This document shows, piece after piece, positions 33,139 to 44,934 of a stretch of 64,000 bases of DNA. Made by a program: the position numbers and the translations under genes. Positions within the stretch are counted from its first letter, which is position 1. Each line of letters begins with the position of its first letter. Location of the stretch: positions 8,083 to 72,082 of the forward strand of contig CAVVPC010000008.1 in the NCBI GenBank assembly GCA_963750005.1. The letters run 5' to 3'. The stretch comes from an uncultured Chloroflexia bacterium (lineage in GTDB: Bacteria; Chloroflexota; Anaerolineae; Anaerolineales; Villigracilaceae). The notes below the pieces were generated by a model. The model was not told the origin of the DNA and searched no databases. It saw only the letters and a list, made by a program, of their open reading frames with translations.

Positions 33139-35930
33139 ATGCTTCCAGACCGACCGGTACCGTCAAAGCTTTCTCTTCACCATATCTGAGGGCAACACGG
33201 GCCTGGCCCAGCACATCCTGGCGCCATGGCGGCGCTGTTGAAGCGGCACCACCAGATCCTGCAGGGGGCCATCGAAGGCCACCACGGGGTGGTCTTCCAG
33301 ATCATCGGGGAATGCCTTTGTGCGAGCCTCTCTTTTACAGCGGGAAGCGCTCGAGGTCGGCCGCAGCCAAGCGGGCGCTGTGTGCGGAGGACTGGAGCCT
33401 GCACCGGTTCGCGTGCGGTTGGGGGATTGCATACCGGTGAGCGGAGACTGTGAAGAGCGGGCGGAGGCTACAGCGGTTACCTGACGCTGACCCGTGTCCA
33501 GAGGTCATGTCGCTGGCGCACGGCGGGCAGATCCCTGCTCTCGCAGGCGGCCGCTGAGCTGGTGCGCACATCCGGACCCGTAGACGTTTCGCTGCGTGAC
33601 CTCGGCGAGCAGCGCCTCAAGGGACTGGCTACGTCGCGGCAACCACCTCTGGCAGGTGGAGGGCAGCTGGCCTGCCCGGCGACTCCCCGCCGCTGCGCTC
33701 GCTGCAGACCATCCCCAACAACCTGCCGGCCCAGCTGACCAGCTTCATTGGCCGGGAGAGGGAGCTCGCCGAGGTGCGTGACACGCTCAGGCGGCACCGC
33801 CTGGTCACGCTCGACCGGCTCGGCGGCGCCGGCAAGTCCCGCCTGTCGCTGCAGGTGGCGGCGGAGATGCTGGACCAGTTCGCCGGCGGGGTCTGGTCCG
33901 TGGAGCTGACCCCCTGGCGGGGAGGGCGGTCTGATCCCACAGTCCATCCTGGCGTCTGCCCCAGGGGTAGGGGTCCGACAGGGCGGGACGGCACTGCAAA
34001 GCCTGGCCGAATTCCTGCAGGAAAAGACCTGCCTGTTGATCCTGGATAACTGCGAGCACCTGGTCGAAGACTGCGCCTGGTCGGCCGGACCCTGCTGCGT
34101 CCGCCCGGGCTTGAAGATCCTGGCCTCCAGCCGGGAGGCATTGGGGGTCGGCGGGGAGCAGGCCTGGCATGTGCCCTCCCTGTGCCCGGACCCGCGCATT
34201 TAACGGCTGTCGAGCAGCTCACCGGCTATGAAGCATGGTCTGTTCACCGAACGGGCCTGCCTGGTGCAGCCGCACTTTCAGGTGACGGACGGGAATGCCC
34301 TGGCCGTTGCCCAGGTCTGCCGGTGCTGGAGCGGGATCCCATTGGCGATCGAGCTGGCCGCAGCCGCCGGCGAGCCTGGCGGTGGACAAGATCGGTGCCC
34401 GCCTCGCGACGGCTTCCGCTGCTCACCGGGCACCCACGGCCGCCCCTTCGCGCAATAGACGCCGTAGGCCCGTCACTGGGTCTGTACTCTGATCTGCTTC
34501 GGAAAACAACGCACCTGTCAGGCGGCTTGGTCTTTTCAGGCGCTGCCTGGAAATCGCGACGAGATCCGCAGCACAGGGAATCTTGGAAGTGGAGGTGTCA
34601 TCGATCTCCTGTTGGACCAACCTGGTGGATAAAATCCCTGGTGGTGGTGAAGGAGGAGCAAGCCGCGGAACGGCGCTATTCCCTGCTGGGGGAAGATGGC
34701 TTCCGCCAGTATGCCCGCGGAAAGTTTAGCCAATGTGGAGAGAGCACGGGCTACCCAGGGCCTGGCACCTGGCGTATTTTCTGGACTGGGTCAAGGCGCT
34801 CGAGCCTGACCTCCGCGGGCCGCACCAGGGAGAGCTGTTGAAGAGGGTGGAAGCTGAGATCGATAACCGGCGGGCCGCCATGGAATGGTCACGCCAGTCG
34901 ATCCGGAGGCTGGCATGGAATGGGCTTTGCCGGCTGAAAATGGTTCTGGCATTTATGCGGTCTGTTTGAGGAGGGCGAGCGCTGGCTCAAGGGCCTGCTG
35001 GCAGCCGCACCAAAAGCAGGCATTTCCCTGGAAACTTTGTTCCGGGCGGTCAGTCTGGGCTTTCCTGGATGGCGATCTGGTCGGATGATAAGGGGCTCGT
35101 CTGCCGTCGACTACCTGCAGGAAAGCAAGGCGCTTGTTGAAAAAACAGAGAGGAATCTGTTGCGGTTTTGATCCGGGCCGACAACCTGTATATTGCCGGC
35201 ATCCTGGCGCTGGCGAGGTAGAAATGTATTACAGCCAGGCAGAGCTGCTCGGACGGCAATGCCTGGAGGCCTACCGGGCCTGGCGGCAGCCGGTTTTAGG
35301 GATGGCAGAAGCGTGCATCGGATTATACGGGGGGAGCATCCAGTAAAGGCTACCTGGAAGCAGCCCGTTTTGGAACGAGACCGCCATTGCACTGCGCAAA
35401 GAGGTTGGCGATAAGGATGGCCTGGCCTTCGATCTGACGATGGGTTCCCTCGTCCCCCTTATCCTGGGCGATTACCAGGGCGCCAAACGGATCCTGGGCC
35501 AGGCGTCTGGAGGCCGGAAAAGAGACACGCTTTAAATGCGACCTGGAATGGCCCTGTGGTTTTGGGGAATGATTGCCCTGTCCAAAGGCGCCTGGGCCCG
35601 GCCCTGGATTTTTTCTCGCAGCAGGCCGCGCTGGCCGGCGATGCGAGCGATGCCATGGACAAAACCTTTACCATCTATTGCCTGATTCTGTTGCTCCTGA
35701 AGCTGGGCCAATACCGTCCGGGCCTGCAGCTCAGCGGCGGCGCTCGAAGCATCCAACCGGTATGAGGCTGTTATGCTCTATGAGAAACCCGGTGACCCAT
35801 GCTGCCTTCGTGAAGTACCGCTGGAGGCCCGGGAGGCGTAGGCGAAGCAGAGTATAACGCCGCCTATGCCGAAGGCCGCCTGCTGTCCCTCAACAGGCGG
35901 TTAGGGTTGGACTTGAACAGGCGGAGGCCG
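33139..35930 (+). pseudogene. Second cyclase - STAND ATPase - TPR gene, highly disrupted
   Basis: Fragments RHHQILQGAIEGHHGVVFQIIG, NNLPAQLTSFIGRERE, GGAGKSRL, LILDNCEHL, IPLAIELAAA, paralogous to 24227-27364. Confidence 0.75.
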
Positions 35931-35987
35931 CCTGGGCTCCTAGCTCGTCGGGGGTCTTCTGAGCACCGCCCGTGATTTGAATTGCTA

Positions 35988-36920
35988 AGAAGGCTATCCG
36001 TAAAATAGCCGGACCTTAACAAAAAATAGACACTCCTAAGGCAGAATAGTAGGTGCGAACCAAAACAATCTGCAAGGAGTGTCCAATGAGTTATACCACG
36101 CTGGGGAAATTCCCGACGAACTTTGGGAAAAGATCGAACCGTTGTTGCCCGCGGAAAAACCGGCCGGGAGTGTTGGGCGACCGGCGTTGCCGAACCGCCG
36201 AGTGTTGAATGGAATTCTGTTTGTGCTGCGCACGGGTTGCCAATGGAAAGGCTTGAAGAAAGAATGGTTTGGGGCGAGCAGCAGCCTGCATGCTCGCTTT
36301 CAAGCCTGGCAAGAAGCAGGCATCTGGAAGAAAATCTATCGAGAAATGGTGAAGTACTATCATCAGAAACGCCGTATTCAGTGGAGGTGGCAAGCGGTGG
36401 ACAGTAAGCTGGTGCCGGCGCCGCTGGGCGGGGAGCAGACCGGTCCCAACCCGACAGATCGACGCAAAATGGGCTCGAAACGCCATCTCTGGGTGGATCA
36501 GCGGGGTGCACCGTTGGCCCTGCTGCTGAGTTCGGCCAATACTAACGATCACCTGGTGGTAATGGATTTGTTCGAGCAACTGATTGTGCCCCGTCCCAAA
36601 ACCAAGTATCGAGTGCATCATGTTTGTGCCGATAAAGCCTATAAACTCGGAGCCTCTCCGAAACCAGTTACGCCAACAGAACTTCCGACCGCATTTTCGC
36701 AAGCGAGAGTTTCATGGCCCTTCCCTACCACCGCTCGAACCTCACCGTTACCCAGCCAGACGCTGGGTGGTGGAACGCACCTTGTCCTGGCAAAATGATT
36801 TCCGTTCTTTGCGTGTCCGTTGGGCCAAGAAGCCCAGCAATTGGTTAGCGCTCCTCTACTTCGCCTCTGCTCTCATCCTCTGGCGCATGGCCTCGCACAC
36901 CTGATTTACGGATAGGCTCT
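35988..36920 (+). mobile_element. IS5-family insertion sequence
   Basis: Terminal IRs agaaggctatccgtaaa / tttacggataggctct; TA on both sides (35986-87, 36921-22). Confidence 0.85.
36079..36904 (+). CDS. IS5-family DDE transposase (frameshift ~36645)
   Basis: IPDELWEKIEPLLP, NGILFVLRTGCQW, AVDSK, GSKRHLWVD, ADKAY, RWVVERT. Confidence 0.9.
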
Positions 36921-37036
36921 TAGCAATTCAAAAATCAGGCAGGAGGTGAGGACACCTGATGAGGTTCGACCCTCGCCCCGGTGCAGCGTTTTGGTGAAAA
37001 CCTTTTGAGACACTAAACCGGATGTAAAGTAGATTT

Positions 37037-37105
37037 CCCGGCGCGATGATTAACCGCGGTCTCACAGATCGCATGGAAAGCTCTGATCCTCGTTTCTGTC
37101 CGGTG
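37037..37105 (+). repeat. Module-boundary palindromic element, copy 5 (left part at 35940-35968, separated by the IS5)
   Basis: cccggcgcgatgattaaccgcggtctcacagatcgcatgga; ctagctcgtcgggggtctt..gagcacc at 35940. Confidence 0.65.
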
Positions 37106-37803
37106 AACCTAACCGCCTGGGCCTGCGATACTGTTAACAAGGTGCTCTGCGGGAGTGCTACGCACACTGGTTGGCGCCGGAGGAGACCGTTTAAGGTTGC
37201 GGCGGAGTGGGCGCAGGACCGGTCTGGAAGAGCCGTGTGTTTGTCTCCGCAGGGTGGAGCGCCGGCGTTTCCGTTGGAGCAGGTTGAATAGCCGCTGGGA
37301 GGGAGGCAACCCCGGACCTAACGGCATTTATTTTTGTGAATACCGCCTCCCTGGGGGATAAGATCTACATTTGCTGCCCGATCTACACGGCCCCCAGAAC
37401 CAGGATTGCGTCAAGATCAGGTGCCAGGACAGGACCGTGCAATTCCTGCAAACTCGCCGGAACTGGATGGATCGGGATAATTGGATAAAATGTGGACATG
37501 GCATACTTCTTTTCTGGTGAAACGATTAGTGTTTTGTAAGAACTAACCGAATTGTCCCAGAGGTCGTTATTCACAGTCGTACTGCCCGCCGTAGGCAGTG
37601 AAACACTAAATAGACAACTATAGGCAGTATGTTTCCAGGTATGAAAGTGCTATACTCGGAACAATTTATTCTACGAGTTGAGTAGTTTTAGTTTTTACAT
37701 GGTGCCGCATAATTCCTTTACTTTTTGTTACATGATCGACTACATATCGGATTTGACAAATAAAGCTGATGAGGAAACGAGCGTAGAAGTAGTGGAGGAC
37801 AGC

Positions 37804-40800
37804 ATGCTCAATTCGTCTCCTGGGCCAGTTTGATGTTCGGCTGGATGGAAAGCGCCTCCTGCTCCGTGGAGCCGCCCAATCCATGCTGGCATACTTTGCA
37901 ATGACGGCGGGGATCCCCACCGCCGGGAAAAACTGGCCGGCACCTTTTGGCCCGATACCTCGTAGGAGAACGCTCGCAAGAATTTGCGCCATGAGTCTGG
38001 CGGATCCGCAAGGCGACCTCTTCCCAGCCGTCAGAGGGGACTGACTATCTTCAGGCAAACGATCTCACCATTACTTCAATCCCCAGGCAAACTACTGGCT
38101 GGATGTTTCCCACTTTGAACAGCCTGCTGCCGAAGTCGAACCGCTGTTGTCGGGTCTGGCTTTATACCAGGGCGAGCTTTTGCCGGGTTTCTATGAGGAA
38201 TGGCTGCTGCTGGAACGGGAACGCCTGCGTTCCTGTTCGACAACAAAATGGAGCAATTGCTGGCCCTCCTGATCGCGGCCGAGCGCTGGACAACTGCCCA
38301 GGAACAGGCCGAGCGCTGGCTGGCGATGGGCAGCAGCGTGGAACCGGCCTACCGCGCCCTGATGCTGGTCTATGGAGCCCGCGGCGATATGGCCAGGGTA
38401 AGCTGGATCTATCAGCAGTGCATCGCTGCCCTGGACGAACAATTAGGTTCGAGCCCTCTGCCGAAACCCGGGCCCTGTATGACGGACTGCTGAAGGGCGC
38501 AAATTCCGTCCCGCCCGGCCAGGTGCGAACTCGGGGACGGTGACTTTTCTCTTCACCGATATCGAGGGTTCGACGAACCTGCTCGATCAAATGGGAGAGC
38601 GGTATGCCACGGCGCTGGCCGACCACCACGAGATCCTGCGCGGCGCCATCCAGAAATGGAACGGGCACGAAGTGGATACCCAGGGCGATGCCTTCTTCGT
38701 CACCTTCGCCCGTTCCATGGATGCCATCCAGTGCGCCGCCGAGGCCCAGCGCCTCCTGGCTTCCCATTCCTGGCCACAGAACCAACCCTTGCGGGTGCGT
38801 ATGGGGCTGCACTCCGGCGAGCCCCTGATTGCCTCGACCGGGTATGTCGGGATGGATGTTCATCGCGCCGCCCGGATCGGCGACGCTGCCCACGGGGGAC
38901 AGGTGCTCCTGTCGCATACCACCCGTGAGTTGGTCATGCACGACCTGCCCCAGGGCTGAGCGTCCGGGACCCTGGGCGAGCACCGCCTCAAGGATCTGAA
39001 ATATCCCACCCCGATCTACCAGTTGGTTGTGGGGGCTTTGCCCCAGGATTTCCCGCCGCTGCGCACCAGGTTCGCTGGCACCGAAGCCCCGGTACCGGGC
39101 GTGCCTCCGTTCAAGGGATTACAGTATTTCGAGGAAGCCGATTCAGAGCTGTTCTTCGGCCGTGAGCTGCTGACTGCCAAACTGGTGGACCGGCTGCGCC
39201 AGACCCAGTTCCTGTCGGTCATCATTGGCGCTTCGGGCAGCGGCAAATCCTCGCTGGTGCGGGCCGGGTTGATCCCTGCCCTCAAAAAGGGAGGGCCCTT
39301 CCAGTGGGCGCCAGGCCGCCGGAGGGCAGCCAGACTGGCAGATCTATATGACCACGCCGACCGCCCGTCCGCTCGAAGCACTGGCCATCGAGCTGACTCG
39401 CAGCTCGGAATCGGTCACAGCCGCGGCGACCCTGATGGACGACATCTTCAGGATCCGCGCAGTCTCTTCCTGTATCTGACCCGCCTGCATCCCAAAGGGC
39501 ATGCGCTGCTGGTGCTGGACAGTTCGAAGAGCTGTTCACGCTCTGCCGGGATGAGTTCGAGCGCGAAGCCTTCATCGACAACCTGCTGACCGCCCTCCAG
39601 CAGGGCGGGGACTGCATCACACTGGTCATTACATTACGGGCCGACTTTTATGCCCACCTGGCCCAATATCCCGAGCTGCGCGAGGCCGTGGCCCAACAGC
39701 AGGAATATATCGGTCCCATGACGATGGAGGAGCTGCGCCGGGCGATCGAGGAGCCGGCCCGCCGTGCCGACTGGGAGTTCGAGCCCGGTCTGGTCGACCT
39801 GATCCTGCGCGATATCGGCGATGAGCCGGGCGCGCTGCCGCTGCTCTCGCATGCCCTGCTTGAGACCTGGAAGCGGCGGGCCGGTCACACACTGACCCTC
39901 AAGGGCTATGCCGATGCAGGCGGTGTGCGCGGCGCCATTGCCCACACGGCCGAGACACTCTATCAGAGTTTCTCCCTGGAGGAACAGGCGATCGCCCGGG
40001 ATATCTTCCTGCGCCTGACCGAATTGGGGGAGGGGACGAAGACACCCGCCGGCGGGCCTCCTTCGCAGAGCTGGTCTCTCACAGCGACCGGCCGGAGGAA
40101 GTCCGCGCCGTACTGAACGCCCTGGCGGATGCCCGCCTGGTGACCCTCGGTGAAGATACGGCCGAGGTGGCACACGAGGCCCTGATCCGGGAATGGCCGA
40201 CCCTGCGCGAATGGCTCAACCAGGACCGGGAAAGCCTGAAGCTGCACCGCCACCTGACCGAAGCTGCCCAGGAATGGGAGCTGCTCGAGCAGGATTCCGG
40301 CCTGCTCTACCGCGGCGCCCGCCTGGCCCAGGCCCGGGAATGGGCTGTTTTACATCCGAACAGATTGAATGCCTCCGAGCATTCATTCCTCGAGGCTTCC
40401 ATCGAGCAGAACCAACGCGAGATACGCGAGAAGGAGGAACAGCAGGACACGGGAGTTGGCGCAGGCCCGCAAACTGGCCGAGACCGAAAAGGCGAGAGCC
40501 GAGGAACAGACTCACGCTGCGAACCGATTGAGGCTTCGCAACCGGATCATCACCGGGGTTGGTATTGTTGCCGTGGTACTGACAATCGTCGCCGTCCTGT
40601 TTGGCCAGCAGTCGAGTACCAATGCGGCAATAGCACAAACGAACCTGGAGGTCGCCAACCAGCAGCGGGCAACGGCCGAATCCAACTTCCAGCAGGCCGA
40701 AAGCCAGCGCTTGGGCGCCGAGGGCCTGGCCCTGGCACAAAGCTCGAGCGGCAATCCGGAGCTGGCCGCCCTGCTTGCAATTCGCGGCTTACAAACGGTC

Positions 40801-42727
40801 TACTCGCCGCAGGCGGACGCGGCGCTGCAGCTGGCTCTGCCCCGGCTGTATACCGGGCGTGTTTTGGATCGACCAGGGAGAACTGGTCCTTTGTACAGCA
40901 TCGCCATTACCCCGGATGGGAAGACGCTCTTCACCAGCGACCTGGTGCTGCACGATGCCGAAACCGGCAAGGTCTCCAGTAATTTTCTGGTCTATGATTG
41001 GGGTACCCACGTCGCATTCTCGCCGGATGGTCAAAGGGCTTTGGCCGGCATGTATGGGGATCATACTGCCCGAATGTGGGATGTTAAGACGGGCAAGGAG
41101 GTGCAGGTCTTCAAGGGTCACAATGATCGTGTTATGGAAGGCGCTTTCTCTCCGGATGGCAAATGGGTGGTCACTGGCAGTGCCGATCATACCGCCCGGT
41201 TATGGGATGCGGCCACAGGTAAGGAAGTGCGCGTGTTCACTGGGCATACAGATCAGGTACAGTCCGTGGCTTTCTCGCCCGACGGCAAACAAGTGCTGAC
41301 CGGCAGCAGCGATCTAACGGCCCGTTTGTGGGATGTCGCCACCGGCCGGACACTTCGCATTTTCAAAGGGGATGATAGTTACCTCCTGCTGGCAGAGATC
41401 TTTTCGGTGCGCTTCTCAACGGATGGCAGATGGATCCTTGCCAGCGGCGGAAACAAGACCGCCTGGCTGTGGGATGCCGAAACCGGTGAGATGCTGCGCC
41501 AGTTCAAAGGGCATGGAGGGCCGGTCCGTTCGGCGGTCTTTTCGCCCGATGGCAGCCAGGTGCTGACGTCCAGCGACGACATGACCGCCCGGCTATGGGA
41601 TGCCAGGACCGGTGAATTGCTGCGGGTCTTCGTGGGCCACACCGATTCTGTTGGCAAGGCGATCTTTTCACCCGATGGTCGATCTGTGTTCACCGCCAGT
41701 TGGGATGACACCATCCGCCAGTGGAACCTGGGGCAGGATGAGCGCCTGTTTCCTCTACCGGTCATGACGAGTGCCGGACGCTTTGCTTCCGGAGGGGACT
41801 CCGTATTGATCGTAGGCTATGATGATAAGGTAGCCTGGCTGATGGATGCCCGGACGGGTCGTAAGTTGGGTCACTTCAGCGGTCATACGGACAGGCTCAG
41901 CTCTGTGGAAGTCTCAAAAGATAGAAAGTATGTGCTTACAGGCAGTTATGATGGCACAGCCCGTCTCTGGGATGCGGCGACAGGCAAGGAACTGCGCACC
42001 TTGCACGGCCATAACGATTATGTCAATGCCAGTTTCTCGGCTGACGGAAAATACATCCTGACCTCGGGCAGGGATAAGACGGTCAGAGTATGGTCGTCTG
42101 CCACCGGGGAGCAACTGCGCGTTTCTTTCATTTACCACTTCGACCGATATGCCTTCTGCAGTGGCAATCTCACCGGATGACAGCTCGGTGCTGGTCAATG
42201 TGCCGGACGATCCCTATTTTCGTCAGTGGGATATCCGGAGCGGCAAGCTCCTGGATATCTGGCCCAAAGGGGATGGGGCCGTCATCTCGAGCCTTTCCTT
42301 TTCACCAGACAGCAAGTATATTCTCGCCGGCGACAACAATGGAATAGTGCAGATATGGGAGGCTCACTCCTATCGGCCAGTGCAGACCTTCAACCATCCA
42401 GGCATGGTATATCTTGCTTCCTACTCGCCGGATGGAAAGTTCATCTGGACCAGCTGCTCAGATGGAAAAGTCAGGCAATGGGATGCTGCGACAGGGCAGT
42501 TGGTGCGTGTCTTCGATGGCCCGCGCGGGATTAGCTGGATCGACGATATTTCCCCGGATGGCAGGCAAATTCTGATCGAGTACGATGACCAATTGGTCCA
42601 CCTGTTCGAAGTGGACTACCACGACATGATCCGCTACGCCTGCTCGCGCCTGGTGCGCGATCTGACAACAGACGAGCAGAATGCTTATGGCATTACGGCT
42701 GCCGCGCCAACCTGCCCCAAGCCTTGA
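37804..42727 (+). CDS. SARP/BTAD - class III cyclase - nSTAND1-type ATPase - TM - WD40 repeat protein (frameshifted)
   Basis: RLLGQFDVRLDG, HRREKLAG, YQGELLPGFYEEW; LFTDIEGST, TQGDAFF; PFKGLQYF, GASGSGKSSLVRAGL, PGALPLL, HEALIREW; repeated GH..FSPDG..ARLWD. Confidence 0.88.
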
Positions 42728-42863
42728 GCCAGGAACTTCTTAAGTTATCCCAGCTCGTCGCAGGACATTCTCAAAGTCGAAACGTGTTCCAGTTCCATTG
42801 GTAGCTGAACCGCTAAGAGCGCCACGCCTGCTCCGGCGGGCGGTGCTAAAACTTTGTAAAGTC

Positions 42864-43085
42864 CTAGCTCGTCGAGGGCCTTTGCGGAGCACCCTGATAA
42901 GCGCTGACCCCGACGAGATGATTGACCGTGAGTCTCACAGATCGCAGGGAGACCTAACCCCCAGCCCCTTCCCAAATGGGAAGGGGAGCCTGCTCCCTCC
43001 CCGTTCGGGGAGGGTTGGGGAGGGGTTGAATGCATCCCACAGGTCGCAGGGAGACCCTCCGACCATCTTTCGGCTCGGTCGGCTC
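42864..43085 (+). repeat. Module-boundary palindromic element, copy 6, with a nested CCCCTTCCC..GGGGAGGG hairpin
   Basis: ctagctcgtcgagggcc..tgaccccgacgagatgattgaccgtgagtctcacagatcgcagggagacc; 19-nt near-identical direct repeat at 42936-42954 and 43038-43056 around the insert. Confidence 0.75.
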
Positions 43086-43269
43086 TTACCCCCTAACGGG
43101 GATCTTCGGCAGGGTATTCCGCGAAAACCTACACCGAGCGCAGAGCGCACCATGTTTGCTGCCCGCTGCTCCCGGAACGGTGGAGCGACCCATGCCGCAC
43201 GCTGAGCAACATCCCCGCGGGCCGGGGACGCTGCTCATGCGCTCGATACTCGTCGGACGCCGTCCTCGG

Positions 43270-44379
43270 TTAGTTGCTCGGCGCGAGGGAGCCGAAAAGG
43301 CCGTCCGCTTCGTCGTTGGGGCCGGCCGTAAAGTAGACCTTGTCCGCATCGCCACCATTGCCGCCGTTCCCAACAATCAGCGCCCATAGCCCGTCAATCG
43401 TGATGAAACGGTTATGGGAATCTCTGAGCTGGTCGATGAATTCGCCGGTGACGGGATCGACGATGTTGATCCGGCCATCCCCGAAGTTGCCGACCAGCAG
43501 GTCGCCTGCGAACGCCCCAAAGCTCGGCGGCGCAAACGCCAGGCCCCACGGGGAGTTGAGCCGGCCGCGAGTCGCCAGGCGCTGGAGCAGGTTGCCATCG
43601 GTATCGAAGATATCGACGTAGCCATTCGCAGGACCTGCCACATCGTCTTCGCCGTCGGCGTCCTGCTTGGCGTAGGTCACGTAGAGTTTGCCGCCGAGAT
43701 TCTGGATGTTGAAGGGCGCAAATCCACGATGGATGTTCGGGTCGCTGAACGACCCGGCCAGCTGCACCTGGTGAAAGTCTTTGTCGAAGACATCGATCGT
43801 GCCGCCGTGGAAGTTCGCGGCATAGAGGAAGTTGCCGGACGCGTTGGCGCCGATGGCGAGCCCTTTGTAGATCGCCTCGGAGGCAGAGTTATCGGCGCCC
43901 AGAATGGCATGGGTGGGATCCACCGTTGGGTTCCAGCCCGAGATGGTGCCGTCTTCGGTGGCGAAGATGAAGCGGCTTGGCGCAGAGATGGTACCGTTTG
44001 TGACCGCGAAATCCGTGGTGCCGTTGAAGACCTGGCCCGTGGGCTTGGCCGTCGTACCTGACGGACTGCCGGCGGGCGGCGGGATCGTGACGACCAGCGC
44101 CTGCTTCGTGCCGGCACCGTTGTAAAGCGTGGAGACGCCCGTACCGTTGTCGGAGACCCAGAAGGGGCTGGTGGCGCTATGCGAGATGCCCCACGCATTC
44201 ACCAGGTCCGGATCCGTGTGGAGCGCCAGACCGGGAATGTTCGAGACCAGATTGACTTGTTGGAACGTAGTTGATTTGGCCTGAGCCGGCAGGGTGACCA
44301 CAGTGAAGCTGAACACTGCCAACATCAGGGCAATGGCGATCCTGCTTGACAGTTGCCCGATTCTAAATATGCTTTTCAT
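43270..44379 (-). CDS. TIGR03118 family exported protein
   Basis: Signal peptide; DPDLVNAWGI, FWVSDNGTG, PTGQVFN, FIFATEDGTISGW, LNSPWGLA, LLVGNFGDG, GLFGSL. Confidence 0.9.
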   Translation of the reverse strand: MKSIFRIGQLSSRIAIALMLAVFSFTVVTLPAQAKSTTFQQVNLVSNIPGLALHTDPDLVNAWGISHSATSPFWVSDNGTGVSTLYNGAGTKQALVVTIPPPAGSPSGTTAKPTGQVFNGTTDFAVTNGTISAPSRFIFATEDGTISGWNPTVDPTHAILGADNSASEAIYKGLAIGANASGNFLYAANFHGGTIDVFDKDFHQVQLAGSFSDPNIHRGFAPFNIQNLGGKLYVTYAKQDADGEDDVAGPANGYVDIFDTDGNLLQRLATRGRLNSPWGLAFAPPSFGAFAGDLLVGNFGDGRINIVDPVTGEFIDQLRDSHNRFITIDGLWALIVGNGGNGGDADKVYFTAGPNDEADGLFGSLAPSN

Positions 44380-44934
44380 GGAAAAACCTCCTTTGTGTTT
44401 TCCTCATCTGAACAGCTATTCTTGCTGTCATCAGATGTAGCGGGGTGGGATCCCTTCAACCACTGACTGCTCCTGCTCGCTGGTTCCGCAGAGCGAGATG
44501 ACCATCCTCTCCTCGGGTCTCTACGAAACAGTCACTGCCGATGGCAAAAACAGCCAGACAATTATTGATAGCGATGTTGATGGCTTCTGGCCATCTAAAG
44601 GGGGTTGATATACGAATCTGATCCAGCGCAAGGGTTCAGAATTTATATATATTAATTATACGTTTGTACAGTGCAGATTGGATTTATTACTTGATACCTG
44701 GACGCCTTGACCCATCACTTCTCTTTCGTTCTTCCCGCGGATAGATACTTTGCTTACGATAACCCTGAAGACCACGCTGCCGAGAAAAAAAGTATGTCAG
44801 CCAGGGATAGGGATACATTTGACACTAAAACAACCCTTGCCGTTAGTTCAATGGAGTAGTGCAGTCGTCTACATTGTGAAGGCTAAATTATGGGGAAATA
44901 TCAAGAGAAAAATGTACTGCTTATTGTCCATAAC

